From Candidatus Omnitrophota bacterium (GTDB lineage: Bacteria > Omnitrophota > Gorgyraeia > Gygaellales > Profunditerraquicolaceae), in contig JBEKHW010000005.1 in NCBI GenBank assembly GCA_050012075.1, positions 1 to 60,059 on the forward strand: a DNA stretch of 60,059 nt, given 5' to 3'. Each line of letters begins with the position of its first letter. Within the stretch, counting starts at the first letter, position 1. The position numbers were made by a program, and so were the translations under genes. Positions 1-10,188 of this stretch are shown here, piece by piece. The notes below the pieces were generated by a model, which ran no database searches, was not told the origin of the DNA, and was given only the letters and a program-made list of their open reading frames with translations.

Positions 1-1
1 C

Positions 2-145
2 GTGGGAAAAAAGGACGACCTGATTCCTAAAATTGAACATCCCGATCAGCGAACTTATGGATATTACAAGGACAAAGATGCCGATGAATTTCGCAATCCT
101 GAGTACCGGGGCTTCTTGCCGAAAGAGTTTTATTCCCAGAAATAA
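2..145 (+). CDS. 3' end of an unidentified CDS entering from upstream of the window (ends ...PKEFYSQK*)
   Basis: Frame 2 is open from the window edge to TAA at 143-145. No recognisable domain. Confidence 0.3.
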   Translation: MGKKDDLIPKIEHPDQRTYGYYKDKDADEFRNPEYRGFLPKEFYSQK

Positions 146-370
146 GATAAAGAACGGTATGATATAGCTTGACCAGCCAAACAGGAATATTATAACGTTT
201 GCCAGATGCGCCCCGAAAGTGCGGATGAAATTATGCGCTGGAATATTTGGATGGGAGGTATAAAAAGAAAGGTCAAAGGGAGTGAAGGAAATAAGGCTCG
301 CCAGGATGATTAGTCCTGACGCTATTAATATTACCGCACGAATTTCATTAAGCCTTCTTTCTCTCACTTC

Positions 371-2458
371 TTACTTATTTTGGTCTGCTTGTTTCTTGCT
401 CAGATTGATTCTGCCCATTTCGTCTATTCCGATAACTTTAACTTTTATTTCGTCACCCACCTTAGCCACCTCTTCAATATTCTTCACGAAAGTATCGGAA
501 AACTCCGAAATATGCACCAGGCCATCCTTGCGGGGGGCGATTTCACAGATGGCGCCGAAGTTTAAAAGGCGTTTTATCTTTACGGTGTATATGCGGCCTA
601 CCTCAACATCTTCAGTGATTGCCTTAATCATCTTAATTGCTTCTTCTGATTTGGCAGCGTCGTTAGAGCCGACCAGGACGGTGCCGTCGTCTTTTATATC
701 TACGCTGACTCCGGTTGCGGCTATTATTGCTTTAACGGTCTTTCCGCCCGGTCCGATAAGTTCGCCTATTTTCTCGGTATTAATCTTCAGCATCTCAATG
801 CGCGGGGCGTAAGTTGAAAGCTGCTCGCGAGGCTCGACCAGCGCGGTCATCATTCTTTCCAAAACTACCAGCCTTCCTTCCCGTGACTGGTATAGACAAT
901 CTTTTAATAAATCTGGGCTTATTCCGTCTATTTTTAAATCCAATTGCACTGCAGTAATACCTGCCTTTGTCCCTGCCACTTTAAAATCCATATCCCCGAA
1001 ATGGTCTTCCAGTCCCGTTATATCCGTAAGAATCACGGTTTTTGAATCTTCTTTAATAAGGCCAAGCGCCACGCCGCCGACCGAATCCTTTATCGGCACA
1101 CCCGCATCCATGAGAGACAGGCTTGCTGCACAGACAGATGCCATACTTGAAGAACCGTTTGATTCCAGGATCTCCGAGACCACTCTTATAGTATAAGGGA
1201 ATTTATCCTTGGAGGGCATTACCGCTAATAATGCCTTTTCAGCCAGGGCGCCATGGCCGATTTCACGCCTGCCGGGGCCGCGCACAGGCGCGGTTTCTCC
1301 GACGCTAAAAGGCGGAAAACTATAATGCAGCATGAAAGATTTGTATTTTTCTCCTTCAAGCGCCTCGATAAGCTGCTCGTCTTGTCCGGTCCCCAGCGTA
1401 GTAACCGCCAGGCTTTGTGTTTGGCCGCGCGTAAAGAGGCTTGAACCATGCGTGCGGGGGAGAACGGAAACCTCGCATTGGATAGGACGGATATGTTTAA
1501 ATCCCCGTCCGTCAATGCGCACATTTTCACTGAATATATTCTTCCTTACCTGCTCCTTCTCTACTTCCTCTAAGCCAATTTTTATATCGCAGGCCAAGTT
1601 GCCCTCGGGAACAAGCTTTGCCTCTAAATCTTTCAATAATAATGCCACTAATTCTTCGCGTTCTTCTTTTTTAGGAAGCCGGTAAACTTCTTTAAGTTTT
1701 TCTGTAGCTAATTCTTCTATCTTCTCTTTTAATGCCGGTTCTACATTCTTTAGCTCTACTACCGTTTTATCCTTGCCGCAGAGTTTCTGGAACTTCTCCT
1801 GCATCCCCAATATGCACTGCAGGTTTTCAAAACCAAAATTTACCGCGGCCAGAAAATCATCTTCTTTTACCTCTTTTGCTTTGGACTCCAGCATCACAAC
1901 ACCCTTGGTATTGGCAGACACAATTACTTCCATATCCGCCTTCTCAAGCTGCGCATATGTAGGGTTAAGCACAAACTGGTTATCGACACGCGCCACCCGG
2001 CATGCAGCCAGCGGCCCGCCAAAAGGTATATCCGATATAGTCAATGCAGCCGATGCGCCGATAAGGGCAAGGATGTCCGGGTCATTCTCTCCATCACTGG
2101 AAAGAACCATCGCCATAATCTGGACTTCATTAAGCATCCCTTTAGGGAAAAGTGGCCGTATAGGACGGTCAATAAGGCGGGCGGTAAGGATTTCACTTTC
2201 CGAGGGCCTGCCCTCTCTCTTGAAAAATCCGCCGGGAATCCTGCCTGCGGCATAGGTCTTCTCCTGGCATTCCACGGTAAGAGGGAAGAAATCCTGATTC
2301 TCCCTGATATCGCGGGACATGCAGGCGGTAACAAGCACAACCGTTCCGCCGTACTGGACAGTTACAGAACCGTTTGCCTGCTTGGCGATTTTTCCGGTTT
2401 CAAGAACCAGCTCGTTATTGCCAAATTTTTCTTTAAGGTTAGTTATACTTTGCATCAT
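371..2458 (-). CDS. pnp: polyribonucleotide nucleotidyltransferase (PNPase)
   Basis: 695-aa ORF with duplicated RNase PH-like halves and a KH plus S1 C-terminus. Lies directly downstream of rpsO, the usual bacterial arrangement. Confidence 0.97.
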   Translation of the reverse strand: MMQSITNLKEKFGNNELVLETGKIAKQANGSVTVQYGGTVVLVTACMSRDIRENQDFFPLTVECQEKTYAAGRIPGGFFKREGRPSESEILTARLIDRPIRPLFPKGMLNEVQIMAMVLSSDGENDPDILALIGASAALTISDIPFGGPLAACRVARVDNQFVLNPTYAQLEKADMEVIVSANTKGVVMLESKAKEVKEDDFLAAVNFGFENLQCILGMQEKFQKLCGKDKTVVELKNVEPALKEKIEELATEKLKEVYRLPKKEEREELVALLLKDLEAKLVPEGNLACDIKIGLEEVEKEQVRKNIFSENVRIDGRGFKHIRPIQCEVSVLPRTHGSSLFTRGQTQSLAVTTLGTGQDEQLIEALEGEKYKSFMLHYSFPPFSVGETAPVRGPGRREIGHGALAEKALLAVMPSKDKFPYTIRVVSEILESNGSSSMASVCAASLSLMDAGVPIKDSVGGVALGLIKEDSKTVILTDITGLEDHFGDMDFKVAGTKAGITAVQLDLKIDGISPDLLKDCLYQSREGRLVVLERMMTALVEPREQLSTYAPRIEMLKINTEKIGELIGPGGKTVKAIIAATGVSVDIKDDGTVLVGSNDAAKSEEAIKMIKAITEDVEVGRIYTVKIKRLLNFGAICEIAPRKDGLVHISEFSDTFVKNIEEVAKVGDEIKVKVIGIDEMGRINLSKKQADQNK

Positions 2459-2485
2459 AAAAAATTTAGAGGATACAACCTCGGA

Positions 2486-2764
2486 TTATTTTCTCAAGCT
2501 CAATTTTCCCAGGATTGTCTCGTATTTCCTGGCGTCATTCTTCTTGAGGTAATTGAGGAGTCTGCGGCGCCTGCCGACCATCTGGAGCAGGCCGCGGCGA
2601 GAATTAAAATCCTTATTATGGTGCTTAAAGTGATCCCCCAGCGTATTGATCCGTTCCGTAAGAAGCGCAATCTGCACTTCCGCCGAACCCGTATCACGGG
2701 CATGGGCCTTAAACTCATCGATAATCTTTATTTTCTTTTCTTTAACCAAAGCCAAAACCTTCAC
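2486..2764 (-). CDS. rpsO: 30S ribosomal protein S15
   Basis: 92-aa ORF with the S15 pattern [35 protein letters not shown]. Upstream of pnp. Confidence 0.96.
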   Translation of the reverse strand: MKVLALVKEKKIKIIDEFKAHARDTGSAEVQIALLTERINTLGDHFKHHNKDFNSRRGLLQMVGRRRRLLNYLKKNDARKYETILGKLSLRK

Positions 2765-2839
2765 CTCCTTTAATACAGGGATGTTATTATACGTTATCTT
2801 TTATGAGAAGTCAATAATATTTATCTTCTGTAAAATATC

Positions 2840-3274
2840 TTACATTCCAATATCGGCACAAGTAGGGCAGTCAGGAAACGCACCGCACACAACACAGTTG
2901 CAGGTTATTGTACCGTTCTCATCTATATCTAAGGAATAACAGATGTGGCCGTTTTTCTGGCGTATGACACGGGCTAACCAAAATGAGGTAGAAGGAAATG
3001 GTATAGTCGCCACGAAATAGTTAGCCTTGATGTCATCGGGTGTCAGGCCCAGGTCACCCGGCATACTCATACTGCCTGATGCGCCGGGATAAACATCATG
3101 TTCGGCAAAATATCTGCGCTGCGCCGTCCTTAAAGTATTCAGGAGTATTACCCCTTCTGCTACCCTTGCCTTTTCTATCAGCCTGGTAAACCTGGGGAAG
3201 GCAAACATTGCCAGGATTGCGACTATAACGGTAGCTACTATTACTTCCAGAAAGGTATAACCTTTTTTCATCAT
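2840..3274 (-). CDS. prepilin-type N-terminal cleavage/methylation domain protein (type IV pilin or pseudopilin-like)
   Basis: N-terminus MMKKGYTFLEVIVATVIVAILA matches the G/FTLxE prepilin motif followed by a hydrophobic helix. Cys-rich C-terminus. Confidence 0.8.
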   Translation of the reverse strand: MMKKGYTFLEVIVATVIVAILAMFAFPRFTRLIEKARVAEGVILLNTLRTAQRRYFAEHDVYPGASGSMSMPGDLGLTPDDIKANYFVATIPFPSTSFWLARVIRQKNGHICYSLDIDENGTITCNCVVCGAFPDCPTCADIGM

Positions 3275-3324
3275 ACCCCCGGTTATAAACTACAGACAGC
3301 CTGCCGGGCTGTATTGAACTATCG

Positions 3325-3720
3325 CTATAAATATCTCGATATGGCCTTGAGTATCTTATCCGCTGCCTCTTTGTCGCCGACAGCGCCAACCCGCACTTCT
3401 ATCCTGGTAGATGCGGATGTAATCGGGCGGATATCAATCCAGATTTCCCTGCCGTCAGTATAGTTGCTCTTTATCTGGGCAACCTCTTCGGTATGCGTGT
3501 ATTTGGCAACTGACAGCCTGAGTGATTTCAACCCGGACTTTGCGGCATTTATAGTGCGCTCATAAGGGACATTTACCTCTTGAGTCAATTTACCGGAAAG
3601 CCAGGCAGCTGTTCCGGCTCCGCCGGCAGCCCCTGCGAACAAAAGAAAACAACCAGAGGAAGTAATTGAAAAAACAGCAAGCGCAGCCACTATCAGTATT
3701 TTCTTCATCTTCTTCTCCAT
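3325..3720 (-). CDS. lipoprotein, possibly DUF3568-like
   Basis: Signal peptide with lipobox (ITSSGC). The family assignment is from memory only. Confidence 0.5.
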   Translation of the reverse strand: MEKKMKKILIVAALAVFSITSSGCFLLFAGAAGGAGTAAWLSGKLTQEVNVPYERTINAAKSGLKSLRLSVAKYTHTEEVAQIKSNYTDGREIWIDIRPITSASTRIEVRVGAVGDKEAADKILKAISRYL

Positions 3721-3746
3721 TTTAAATGTTGCTGTACTTTGCGGCT

Positions 3747-3971
3747 TTACCCAAGAACAAGATTAAATAAATATCCTGTGAAGATAATGCCTATCCCTAC
3801 GACAGCCGCAAATATACCCAGTAATTTTATTTTCATTGCCTTCCTTAAAATCATAAACTCAGGCAGGGATAAACCGGTAACCGCCATCATAAAAGCAAGT
3901 GCTGTGCCCATACTCACGCCTTTTTCCGTTAATACGCTGACTAAAGGAATAACGCCTGGAAGGCAAACCAA
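3747..3971 (-). pseudogene. C-terminal fragment of a CSCS-motif permease, paralogous to the intact gene at 16439..17389
   Basis: The 74-aa ORF aligns residue for residue with the last ~72 aa of the 316-aa permease (PLVSVLTEKGVSMGTALAFMMAVTGLSLPEFMILRKAMK versus PLISALTEKGVAMGTALSFMMAVTALSLPEFIILRKAMK). There is no upstream coding continuation. Confidence 0.8.
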
Positions 3972-4053
3972 TCAGCAAATATTTTTATGGGGTAAAAAAT
4001 ATCCGTTCCCTGCAAATATACGCGCTAGTCGAACACAAAAACCTTTGGCACTA

Positions 4054-4491
4054 TTATTTGTTCTGCATCATGTAATCGACAACTCTATCGCTTACCTTAT
4101 TTTCCTTAAGGTAGGTGATAATCTCGGAATTAAGCTGGTAAACAGAATGCGTGCGCTGGATCTCGGATATAATCACCGAATCAGGCACTCCGGATTTTGC
4201 CATCTCCACGATCTTAGGGTAAGTTATATAATTAGGATTAACTGCCAGGGCCGCCTTGTCACCCTTATCCATGGCATTACCGATTAATCCGCCGCCTAAG
4301 GCGCCTACCGCGGCACCAATTGCCGCCCCTTCTAACCCGTGGCCGCTCTGATGCCCGATAATCCCGCCTGCTGTGGCACCCAGAAGGCCGCCACCAACTG
4401 CGCCCACCTCAGTTTTTGGACCAGCGCTTTCACAACCAGCCAAAACTAACGCAAACACCAGAAAACATAGGAATAATACCTTCGTCTTCAT
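4054..4491 (-). CDS. glycine-zipper lipoprotein
   Basis: Lipobox LAGC, then a long G/A-rich glycine-zipper stretch (GGGLLGATAGGIIG...GAAVGALGGGLIG). AGGAGG RBS upstream. Confidence 0.7.
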   Translation of the reverse strand: MKTKVLFLCFLVFALVLAGCESAGPKTEVGAVGGGLLGATAGGIIGHQSGHGLEGAAIGAAVGALGGGLIGNAMDKGDKAALAVNPNYITYPKIVEMAKSGVPDSVIISEIQRTHSVYQLNSEIITYLKENKVSDRVVDYMMQNK

Positions 4492-4505
4492 AACTCCTCC
4501 TTTTT

Positions 4506-4680
4506 AAAATTAAAGCTGCCTTGATTTAGGCGTGCCTCTGGCGGTTACGCCGAAATCACACTTTGCTCTGCAAAGTGCTTGGCGCAATTGTTAATTTTAC
4601 GCCGAGCCCTGCGAGACGAAATTAAAGCTGCCTCTGGCGTATTGCTTTAATTTTACTCCGCACTATGTGCGGAGCTTTTT
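4506..4680. repeat. hairpin repeat family 2 (one expanded and one compact unit); third copy at 36121..36177
   Basis: The compact unit at 4618-4675 is the stem AATTAAAGC/GCTTTAATT with loop TGCCTCTGGCGTATT, followed by the hairpin CTCCGCAC-TAT-GTGCGGAG. The copy at 36.1 kb keeps the loop but changes the stem in a compensated way. Confidence 0.7.
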
Positions 4681-4792
4681 ATTATTTTAATATTTTAACT
4701 CTATTCAAATAAAAATGCAAGAACTAAAAGGGCCTATTTATATTGTATAATTTGTTTATTATGTTAAAATTGACTTACGAAGACGGATAAAC

Positions 4793-5314
4793 ATGAAAAA
4801 AAGCATATTAATAATTGCCATACTCTTATTCCTGGCTGCTGGCGCCGCATACGCTGATGATGCGAGCCATGCGTTTGCCGAGGCGCTTACGGCAGCTCAT
4901 AACGACGAAAACAATTTTGCATTCATGCAGTTCCGCACTTTCCTGCAGGAATACCCGGAATCTAAATACGCCCAGCAGGCAATGTTCGCGATAGGAGAAT
5001 ATTACTTTATGTCGGCAAATTATTCGCAGGCAAAAGAAACGTTTTACAAATTCATAGAGAAATATCCGGATGCCGCAAGCAGGATATTTGCCATGGCCTA
5101 CCTCTTAAACATGGCTAGTCGCCTCTCTGATAATAAAGCGAGTCTTGATATACAAAAGAAAATAATAAATTTTACCCGCCTGACTCTCCTTTTCAGGAAA
5201 TCTAAGGAATATAAATATGCCTCTGCCTTTAACAAAAAACTTGTTGCAGTTTATTCAATAGACAGCATAAAGTTTTATGCGCAAGACAAATTATTCGCGG
5301 AAATTTCCTACTAA
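4793..5314 (+). CDS. secreted TPR-like protein (YbgF/BamD-like fold)
   Basis: Signal peptide plus TPR-like helices (YPESKYAQQAMFAIGEYYF, AKETFYKFIEKYPD). Confidence 0.6.
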   Translation: MKKSILIIAILLFLAAGAAYADDASHAFAEALTAAHNDENNFAFMQFRTFLQEYPESKYAQQAMFAIGEYYFMSANYSQAKETFYKFIEKYPDAASRIFAMAYLLNMASRLSDNKASLDIQKKIINFTRLTLLFRKSKEYKYASAFNKKLVAVYSIDSIKFYAQDKLFAEISY

Positions 5315-7304
5315 TATAAAGCTATCCTTATTCGCCCTCCTTATCTTCCTTCTGGGGGCTTTTATAGCGATAAACCTGCTTCTATCCTCCCTGAAACAGG
5401 ATATCAGCGGATTAATAGCGCGCTTTATTCCGGCAACAGTAAAAATAGGAAATATTTTCTACCTCCCCCCTGACTCTATCATCGTAAAAGAAGTTGATTT
5501 CAACGCATCAGCCGGCCAAAAAGATAATACCGTCTTTAGCATACCGGCATTAACGCTTAAATTTTCATTACGCAAGATATTTGCGCAGCATAACTTCATC
5601 GTAGACCGGATAGGGATATACGGCTTCCAGGCGGATTACCACCGTCTTTCCTACTATTGCAGGCAAAACTGGGAAGGTATAAAGAAACTGATTAGCATTA
5701 TTCCCCAAGAAGACATAAAGCTTACTGCCAAGAAAACAAATATCTTCCTGGCGCAAAATAAAAAACTATGGCTGATTGATTCTTCTTTTACCTTTGAAAA
5801 GAAAGGAGACCTCTTAACTTGCGAAGGCTCCAGCTTTATAGACGAAGCTCGCGGGCTTACGAACGGACAACTTTCTAGCCCCCGGACACATAGCTTGCCC
5901 TTCAATTATTCCCTGCAGATTTCATATAAACCGGGCCATCTTTCTTTTACAAACCTGGAATTAAAAAGAGAGAATCTTTACCTAAAACTTTGGGGTGATT
6001 TCGCCGCAAATACCCTGAAGTTAAACGGCTTTGCCTTTATGAAGACCCTTCCTAAAGAAAGCGGCCGGAAAAAGAATTTATCAGTGCCGCTTCGGGTTTT
6101 CTCTGCCGAAAATAAAGAACTGCCTATAAAAGAAGCGGGTTACCTGCCCGGAGCTGATTTATACCTGCTGGATATTAATCTTGCCGCAAGGCTTGCGCTG
6201 CCCCAGGTCACTATCGACCGGTTCAATTTCTCTCTGAATAAAAATCCCGCGGCTCTTAAGGGCAGTATTGTTTTCTCTGCGCCTTTTTCTGTAGACCTGG
6301 AATACTATTATGGGATTAAATCTCCGGCAAGATATACGGCTCATAATATTAAGGATATCAAAGGCCATATAAAGGGGAGTTTCGGCAATGCAATTATAGA
6401 AGCAAGCGGCATCATAAATATAGGGTTAGATTTAAAAAAGAAAGATGGGCTTACGCCGCAGGAATTAGTCCTAAAATACAGTGGTTTAAACGCCTTGATA
6501 GACAGGCAAGTTAGAGTAAAAATAGAAGGGCTGGAAATAAATTATCCTATGGGTAGAGACCTATGTGTTATACCGCTTAAAAATTTCCAGGCTGTCTGCG
6601 AAACCGGTAAAATAAACAACTGCCTGCTTCTTTATCAAGCGCAATACTGGGACGGTTTACTTAAGGGTATGGCTTCGATTGACATGAGATTCCCATTCCC
6701 TATTTCCGCGAAGGCAGAACTAAAGGGAGTAAGCGCAGATAACCTTAAATCGGTATTAATACACTTTGCCAAGGTCCACGGCAAGCTGTCTGCCGAACTG
6801 AATTTTACCAATAAAAACCGCATTTCTACTGACGGCAGCATGCATATTAAAAACGGATTCCTGGAAAATTTTGATTTCTTCAAGTGGCTGGCTGACACTT
6901 TCAGTATCCCCGGATTAAGAAAGATTAATTTCAGCAGTGCAAGCTCTGATTTTTATATAAACGAGCTCAATTGCGGCCTACGTAATATGGACCTGGAAGC
7001 GCCAAAACTAAAGCTGCAGGGCTATTTTGACCTAGACAACAATGACCTGGTACACAGCAAAATCTTACTTTCAATGGATAAACAACTTCTCAGGGAATCC
7101 CCAAAATTTATCCGCTTGCTAAACGTATTGGGAAAACATGCCCCGGATTTCCAGTTTAACTTTCAGCTTTCCGGATACCTGGAAAGGATGAACTTTCTGT
7201 GGCTCAAATCTGATTTTAAAGAAGCGGTCCAGTCCGCTATCCCCGGCTTCGTGCAACGGAACATAGAAAAGGAAGTGGAAAAGACCATACAATCCATACC
7301 TTAA
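5277..7304 (+). CDS. large membrane-anchored hypothetical protein
   Basis: 675-aa ORF with one N-terminal TM helix and no motif I can name. The start overlaps the previous gene and may lie further downstream. Confidence 0.6.
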   Translation: MRKTNYSRKFPTNIKLSLFALLIFLLGAFIAINLLLSSLKQDISGLIARFIPATVKIGNIFYLPPDSIIVKEVDFNASAGQKDNTVFSIPALTLKFSLRKIFAQHNFIVDRIGIYGFQADYHRLSYYCRQNWEGIKKLISIIPQEDIKLTAKKTNIFLAQNKKLWLIDSSFTFEKKGDLLTCEGSSFIDEARGLTNGQLSSPRTHSLPFNYSLQISYKPGHLSFTNLELKRENLYLKLWGDFAANTLKLNGFAFMKTLPKESGRKKNLSVPLRVFSAENKELPIKEAGYLPGADLYLLDINLAARLALPQVTIDRFNFSLNKNPAALKGSIVFSAPFSVDLEYYYGIKSPARYTAHNIKDIKGHIKGSFGNAIIEASGIINIGLDLKKKDGLTPQELVLKYSGLNALIDRQVRVKIEGLEINYPMGRDLCVIPLKNFQAVCETGKINNCLLLYQAQYWDGLLKGMASIDMRFPFPISAKAELKGVSADNLKSVLIHFAKVHGKLSAELNFTNKNRISTDGSMHIKNGFLENFDFFKWLADTFSIPGLRKINFSSASSDFYINELNCGLRNMDLEAPKLKLQGYFDLDNNDLVHSKILLSMDKQLLRESPKFIRLLNVLGKHAPDFQFNFQLSGYLERMNFLWLKSDFKEAVQSAIPGFVQRNIEKEVEKTIQSIP

Positions 7305-7353
7305 GTGAGTAAAGCCGGGTATTTTAGGGGTGGGGTCTCTTATCTAAGATTCT

Positions 7354-7674
7354 CTAGCCGCGATAAGATTCTACTCTAACCCTGTAAAATTCATCAACCA
7401 CCGTAATAAGCAACTGCACATCCTGATTTACCGTTACCAGTGCCTGCTTCTTATCGTTTATGGGGTAGTTGTATGACTGCGAGTTATACTGGTAGGCAAT
7501 TTGTATCTGCAAAGTATTATTCTGGACACCTACGTAAAGCACCTTTACACTGTTATCTTCATAAAGTTCCTGCCCTATTGAAATCGGCTGGGTGGGGTTT
7601 ATACCGGTAAAACACAAACCAATGCCTGTGAAAAGAGCGCTCATCAAAAGAGCTATTAACAATATTTTTTTCAT
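7354..7674 (-). CDS. small secreted hypothetical protein
   Basis: 106-aa ORF with a signal peptide. Confidence 0.5.
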   Translation of the reverse strand: MKKILLIALLMSALFTGIGLCFTGINPTQPISIGQELYEDNSVKVLYVGVQNNTLQIQIAYQYNSQSYNYPINDKKQALVTVNQDVQLLITVVDEFYRVRVESYRG

Positions 7675-7799
7675 TTTTAATCCCCTCCTCTTTTATTTAT
7701 TATACGCTGCGGAAAAACCTTTGAAATATATTTTACCACAGATAACCGGAAAAACAAACGCATATCGCATTATCTTTCCTCTTGTATTTTCTTTCCCGG

Positions 7800-9503
7800 C
7801 TATCTAAAAAAATCGGGATCCGCATTGTAACCTAACTCTTCTGCTTTATGCAAATCAAGCCGCGCCCTGCCGTATTCACGCATATCATAAAAAACAACCC
7901 CCCGGCTATAGTAGGCCTCGGCAAGGTTAGGGTTAATTTGCAGGGTTTTATCAAAATCATGTACAGCTTTAGCAAAGTTTCCTTTATCAGCAAAGCTCAC
8001 CCCGCGGTTATAGTAAGCCCTTGAATAAGTGGGATTAATTTCTATGGCTTTGGTATAGTCATTGATAGCCCGGTCAATTTCACCTTTGCGTGCATAGACA
8101 GTGCCGCGGTTATTATATACCTCGGCAAGGCCAGGAGCGATCTCTATGGTTTTATTAAAATCAGAGATGGCCAGGTCAAGAACTCCTTTATCGGCATAGG
8201 CAGTGCCCCGGTTATAGTATGGCTTTGCTTTCTTGGGTGACTTATGCGCTGTATCGTTCCATAAGGTAATTTCATCTTTCCAGATAAAGTTTCTTCTGTA
8301 GGTAAGGATAGCGTAAGAGCAGGTTATAATAAGCAATATTGCAATTGCCGGTTTGACGGATTTATCGCGGAATATGTAATATACAAGGCCCGGCAGGAAG
8401 AAACTAAACCCTGCCATCGGCAGATAAAGCCGGTGCTCAAAAATTATATCCCTGATCGGTATGATACTTGATTCAGGTAGCAGCGTTAAGAAAAACCAGA
8501 AGGCGCCGAATGAAAGCAGACGGTATTTAGGCAGGAGTTTGAAGGCGCTAGTCAGGATTAAAACCAGGGAAATGATACTGGCTATGGCTGGTAGCTCCAG
8601 CAGACTTTTTGCGATGTGATAATCATAATCCAGGTTTTGGTTAAGCGGCAGGAAAAGAAGCCGCATATAGGTAATGATGACCCTGAATTGTGTCAGGAGA
8701 TAGTGCAAGGAAGAGATAGTCATTGCGGGCTCACCGGCCCTGCGCATACCTATAATATCCACGGTTTTAGTCAAAAGCATGGTAAGTGGGATAACCAGGA
8801 TAAGGAGAAAAAAAGGTAAAAGCCGTTTCCAATTAAGCTTTTTCTTTGTTTTGAGGAAACAGGATTCATAAAGCAAGATTGCAAAAGGCAGGGTTATGGT
8901 CAGCTCTTTCGTAAACATGGCGATGGCTGCCATTATAAGTGAACTGTAATATAGGGCTTTTTGTCTTATCGGGCTTTTCCCCTCCTCTTCCAGGAGCCGT
9001 GATTTAACGTATAGGATTAAAGAGGACAGGTAAAAGAGTGCCGCGAGGAGGCAGGCACGCTGGATAATATACGTCACTGCCTGTGTCTGGATAGGGTGCG
9101 CAAGGAATACGAGCGCACCGAAAAAAGAAATAGAACGGGCCTGTTTTGCAATTTTTTCTCTTTTGACCAGGGGCGTAGAAAAAGTCAGCAGCAGTAGCTG
9201 CCAGACGAGGATTACAGAAGCTATATGGACAGCCAGGTTAAAGAAATGGTAGTTAAATAGTTTAAGACCGCCTAAATGGTAATTAAGCGCTATTGAAACG
9301 TAGGTTATAAAACGCGTGGGCCAGAAATTCCAGATGGCTTTTAGGTTAGAGATATTCCTTATGGCAGGGTTATTTACGATTGAACGGGCGTCATCAAAGT
9401 GGAAGGAGTTATAAAAGGTATTAGAGTATATAAGGGCCCCTGATAAAAGCAACGCAGCTAGGACGAGTAATTTATAATTCCGGTTAGAGATTACGGATTG
9501 CAT
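7800..9503 (-). CDS. polytopic membrane protein with C-terminal TPR repeats (PMT/TMTC-like putative glycosyltransferase)
   Basis: About 10 TM helices, then four or more canonical TPRs (AYYNRG..., AIxDFxKAIEINP). Confidence 0.75.
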   Translation of the reverse strand: MQSVISNRNYKLLVLAALLLSGALIYSNTFYNSFHFDDARSIVNNPAIRNISNLKAIWNFWPTRFITYVSIALNYHLGGLKLFNYHFFNLAVHIASVILVWQLLLLTFSTPLVKREKIAKQARSISFFGALVFLAHPIQTQAVTYIIQRACLLAALFYLSSLILYVKSRLLEEEGKSPIRQKALYYSSLIMAAIAMFTKELTITLPFAILLYESCFLKTKKKLNWKRLLPFFLLILVIPLTMLLTKTVDIIGMRRAGEPAMTISSLHYLLTQFRVIITYMRLLFLPLNQNLDYDYHIAKSLLELPAIASIISLVLILTSAFKLLPKYRLLSFGAFWFFLTLLPESSIIPIRDIIFEHRLYLPMAGFSFFLPGLVYYIFRDKSVKPAIAILLIITCSYAILTYRRNFIWKDEITLWNDTAHKSPKKAKPYYNRGTAYADKGVLDLAISDFNKTIEIAPGLAEVYNNRGTVYARKGEIDRAINDYTKAIEINPTYSRAYYNRGVSFADKGNFAKAVHDFDKTLQINPNLAEAYYSRGVVFYDMREYGRARLDLHKAEELGYNADPDFFR

Positions 9504-9531
9504 AATAAACTTAGATTATATCCTTGCCGAC

Positions 9532-9999
9532 TTAGCTATTTTCTCTTTTTATTTCACCGCGCGGGCTTATTTCAGAACCTTCTTCGATTTTGACCTTGTA
9601 TACCAGAAAGCGTTCAGGGATTTCCACTTCGAATTCTTTATGGGACTTACCGGAATGCACCCCTTTAACAAGGCGCTCCACAGAAAGCTCTATCTCTTTT
9701 TCACGTAATTCTTTCAGGCATTCATCATAGACCCTGCCTTTTTCGATGATTTCTACCTTTCCGTCCAATTTATATCCAAAGAGAGAATTTATATCAATAA
9801 ATGACAGGGAAACTTTCGGGTTGACTTTCAGGTTCGCGGCGGTTTTGCCTATACTGTAATCGATAAAATAGGCGTTCCTCCCGTCTGCCTTTAATAATAA
9901 TTTCGGGGCAGAATTAGGGGTACCTTCTTTGTCCGCCGTAGCCACTCCCACGAATTCCCTTGTTTTCAAGAGCTCCAAAGCTCTTACTATTATACTCAT
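9532..9999 (-). CDS. pyridoxamine 5'-phosphate oxidase family protein
   Basis: 155-aa ORF of typical size with the split-barrel N-terminal pattern (VATADKEGTPNSAPK). Confidence 0.6.
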   Translation of the reverse strand: MSIIVRALELLKTREFVGVATADKEGTPNSAPKLLLKADGRNAYFIDYSIGKTAANLKVNPKVSLSFIDINSLFGYKLDGKVEIIEKGRVYDECLKELREKEIELSVERLVKGVHSGKSHKEFEVEIPERFLVYKVKIEEGSEISPRGEIKRENS

Positions 10000-10188
10000 T
10001 TATGCTCCAGTTATTACCTTCTATGATATATTTTAGCATAGAAGGCCAGGAAAGCAAATGGTCTCTAGACAATGAAGAAATTATCAAGAATTCTTAAGGT
10101 GAAAAAAGTCAATAAATAGAGGAAACTACCTATAAATTATATTTTATTTATATAATACAATATAGTAGTAGCCATGGAGGCAGAATAA

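Noticed and set aside
1253-2340. Several 60-160-aa ORFs on both strands inside pnp
   Set aside because: They are shadow ORFs of a strongly supported 695-aa gene.
3739-4287. 182-aa plus-strand ORF
   Set aside because: It is antisense to both the permease fragment and the lipoprotein gene, with no motif or start context.
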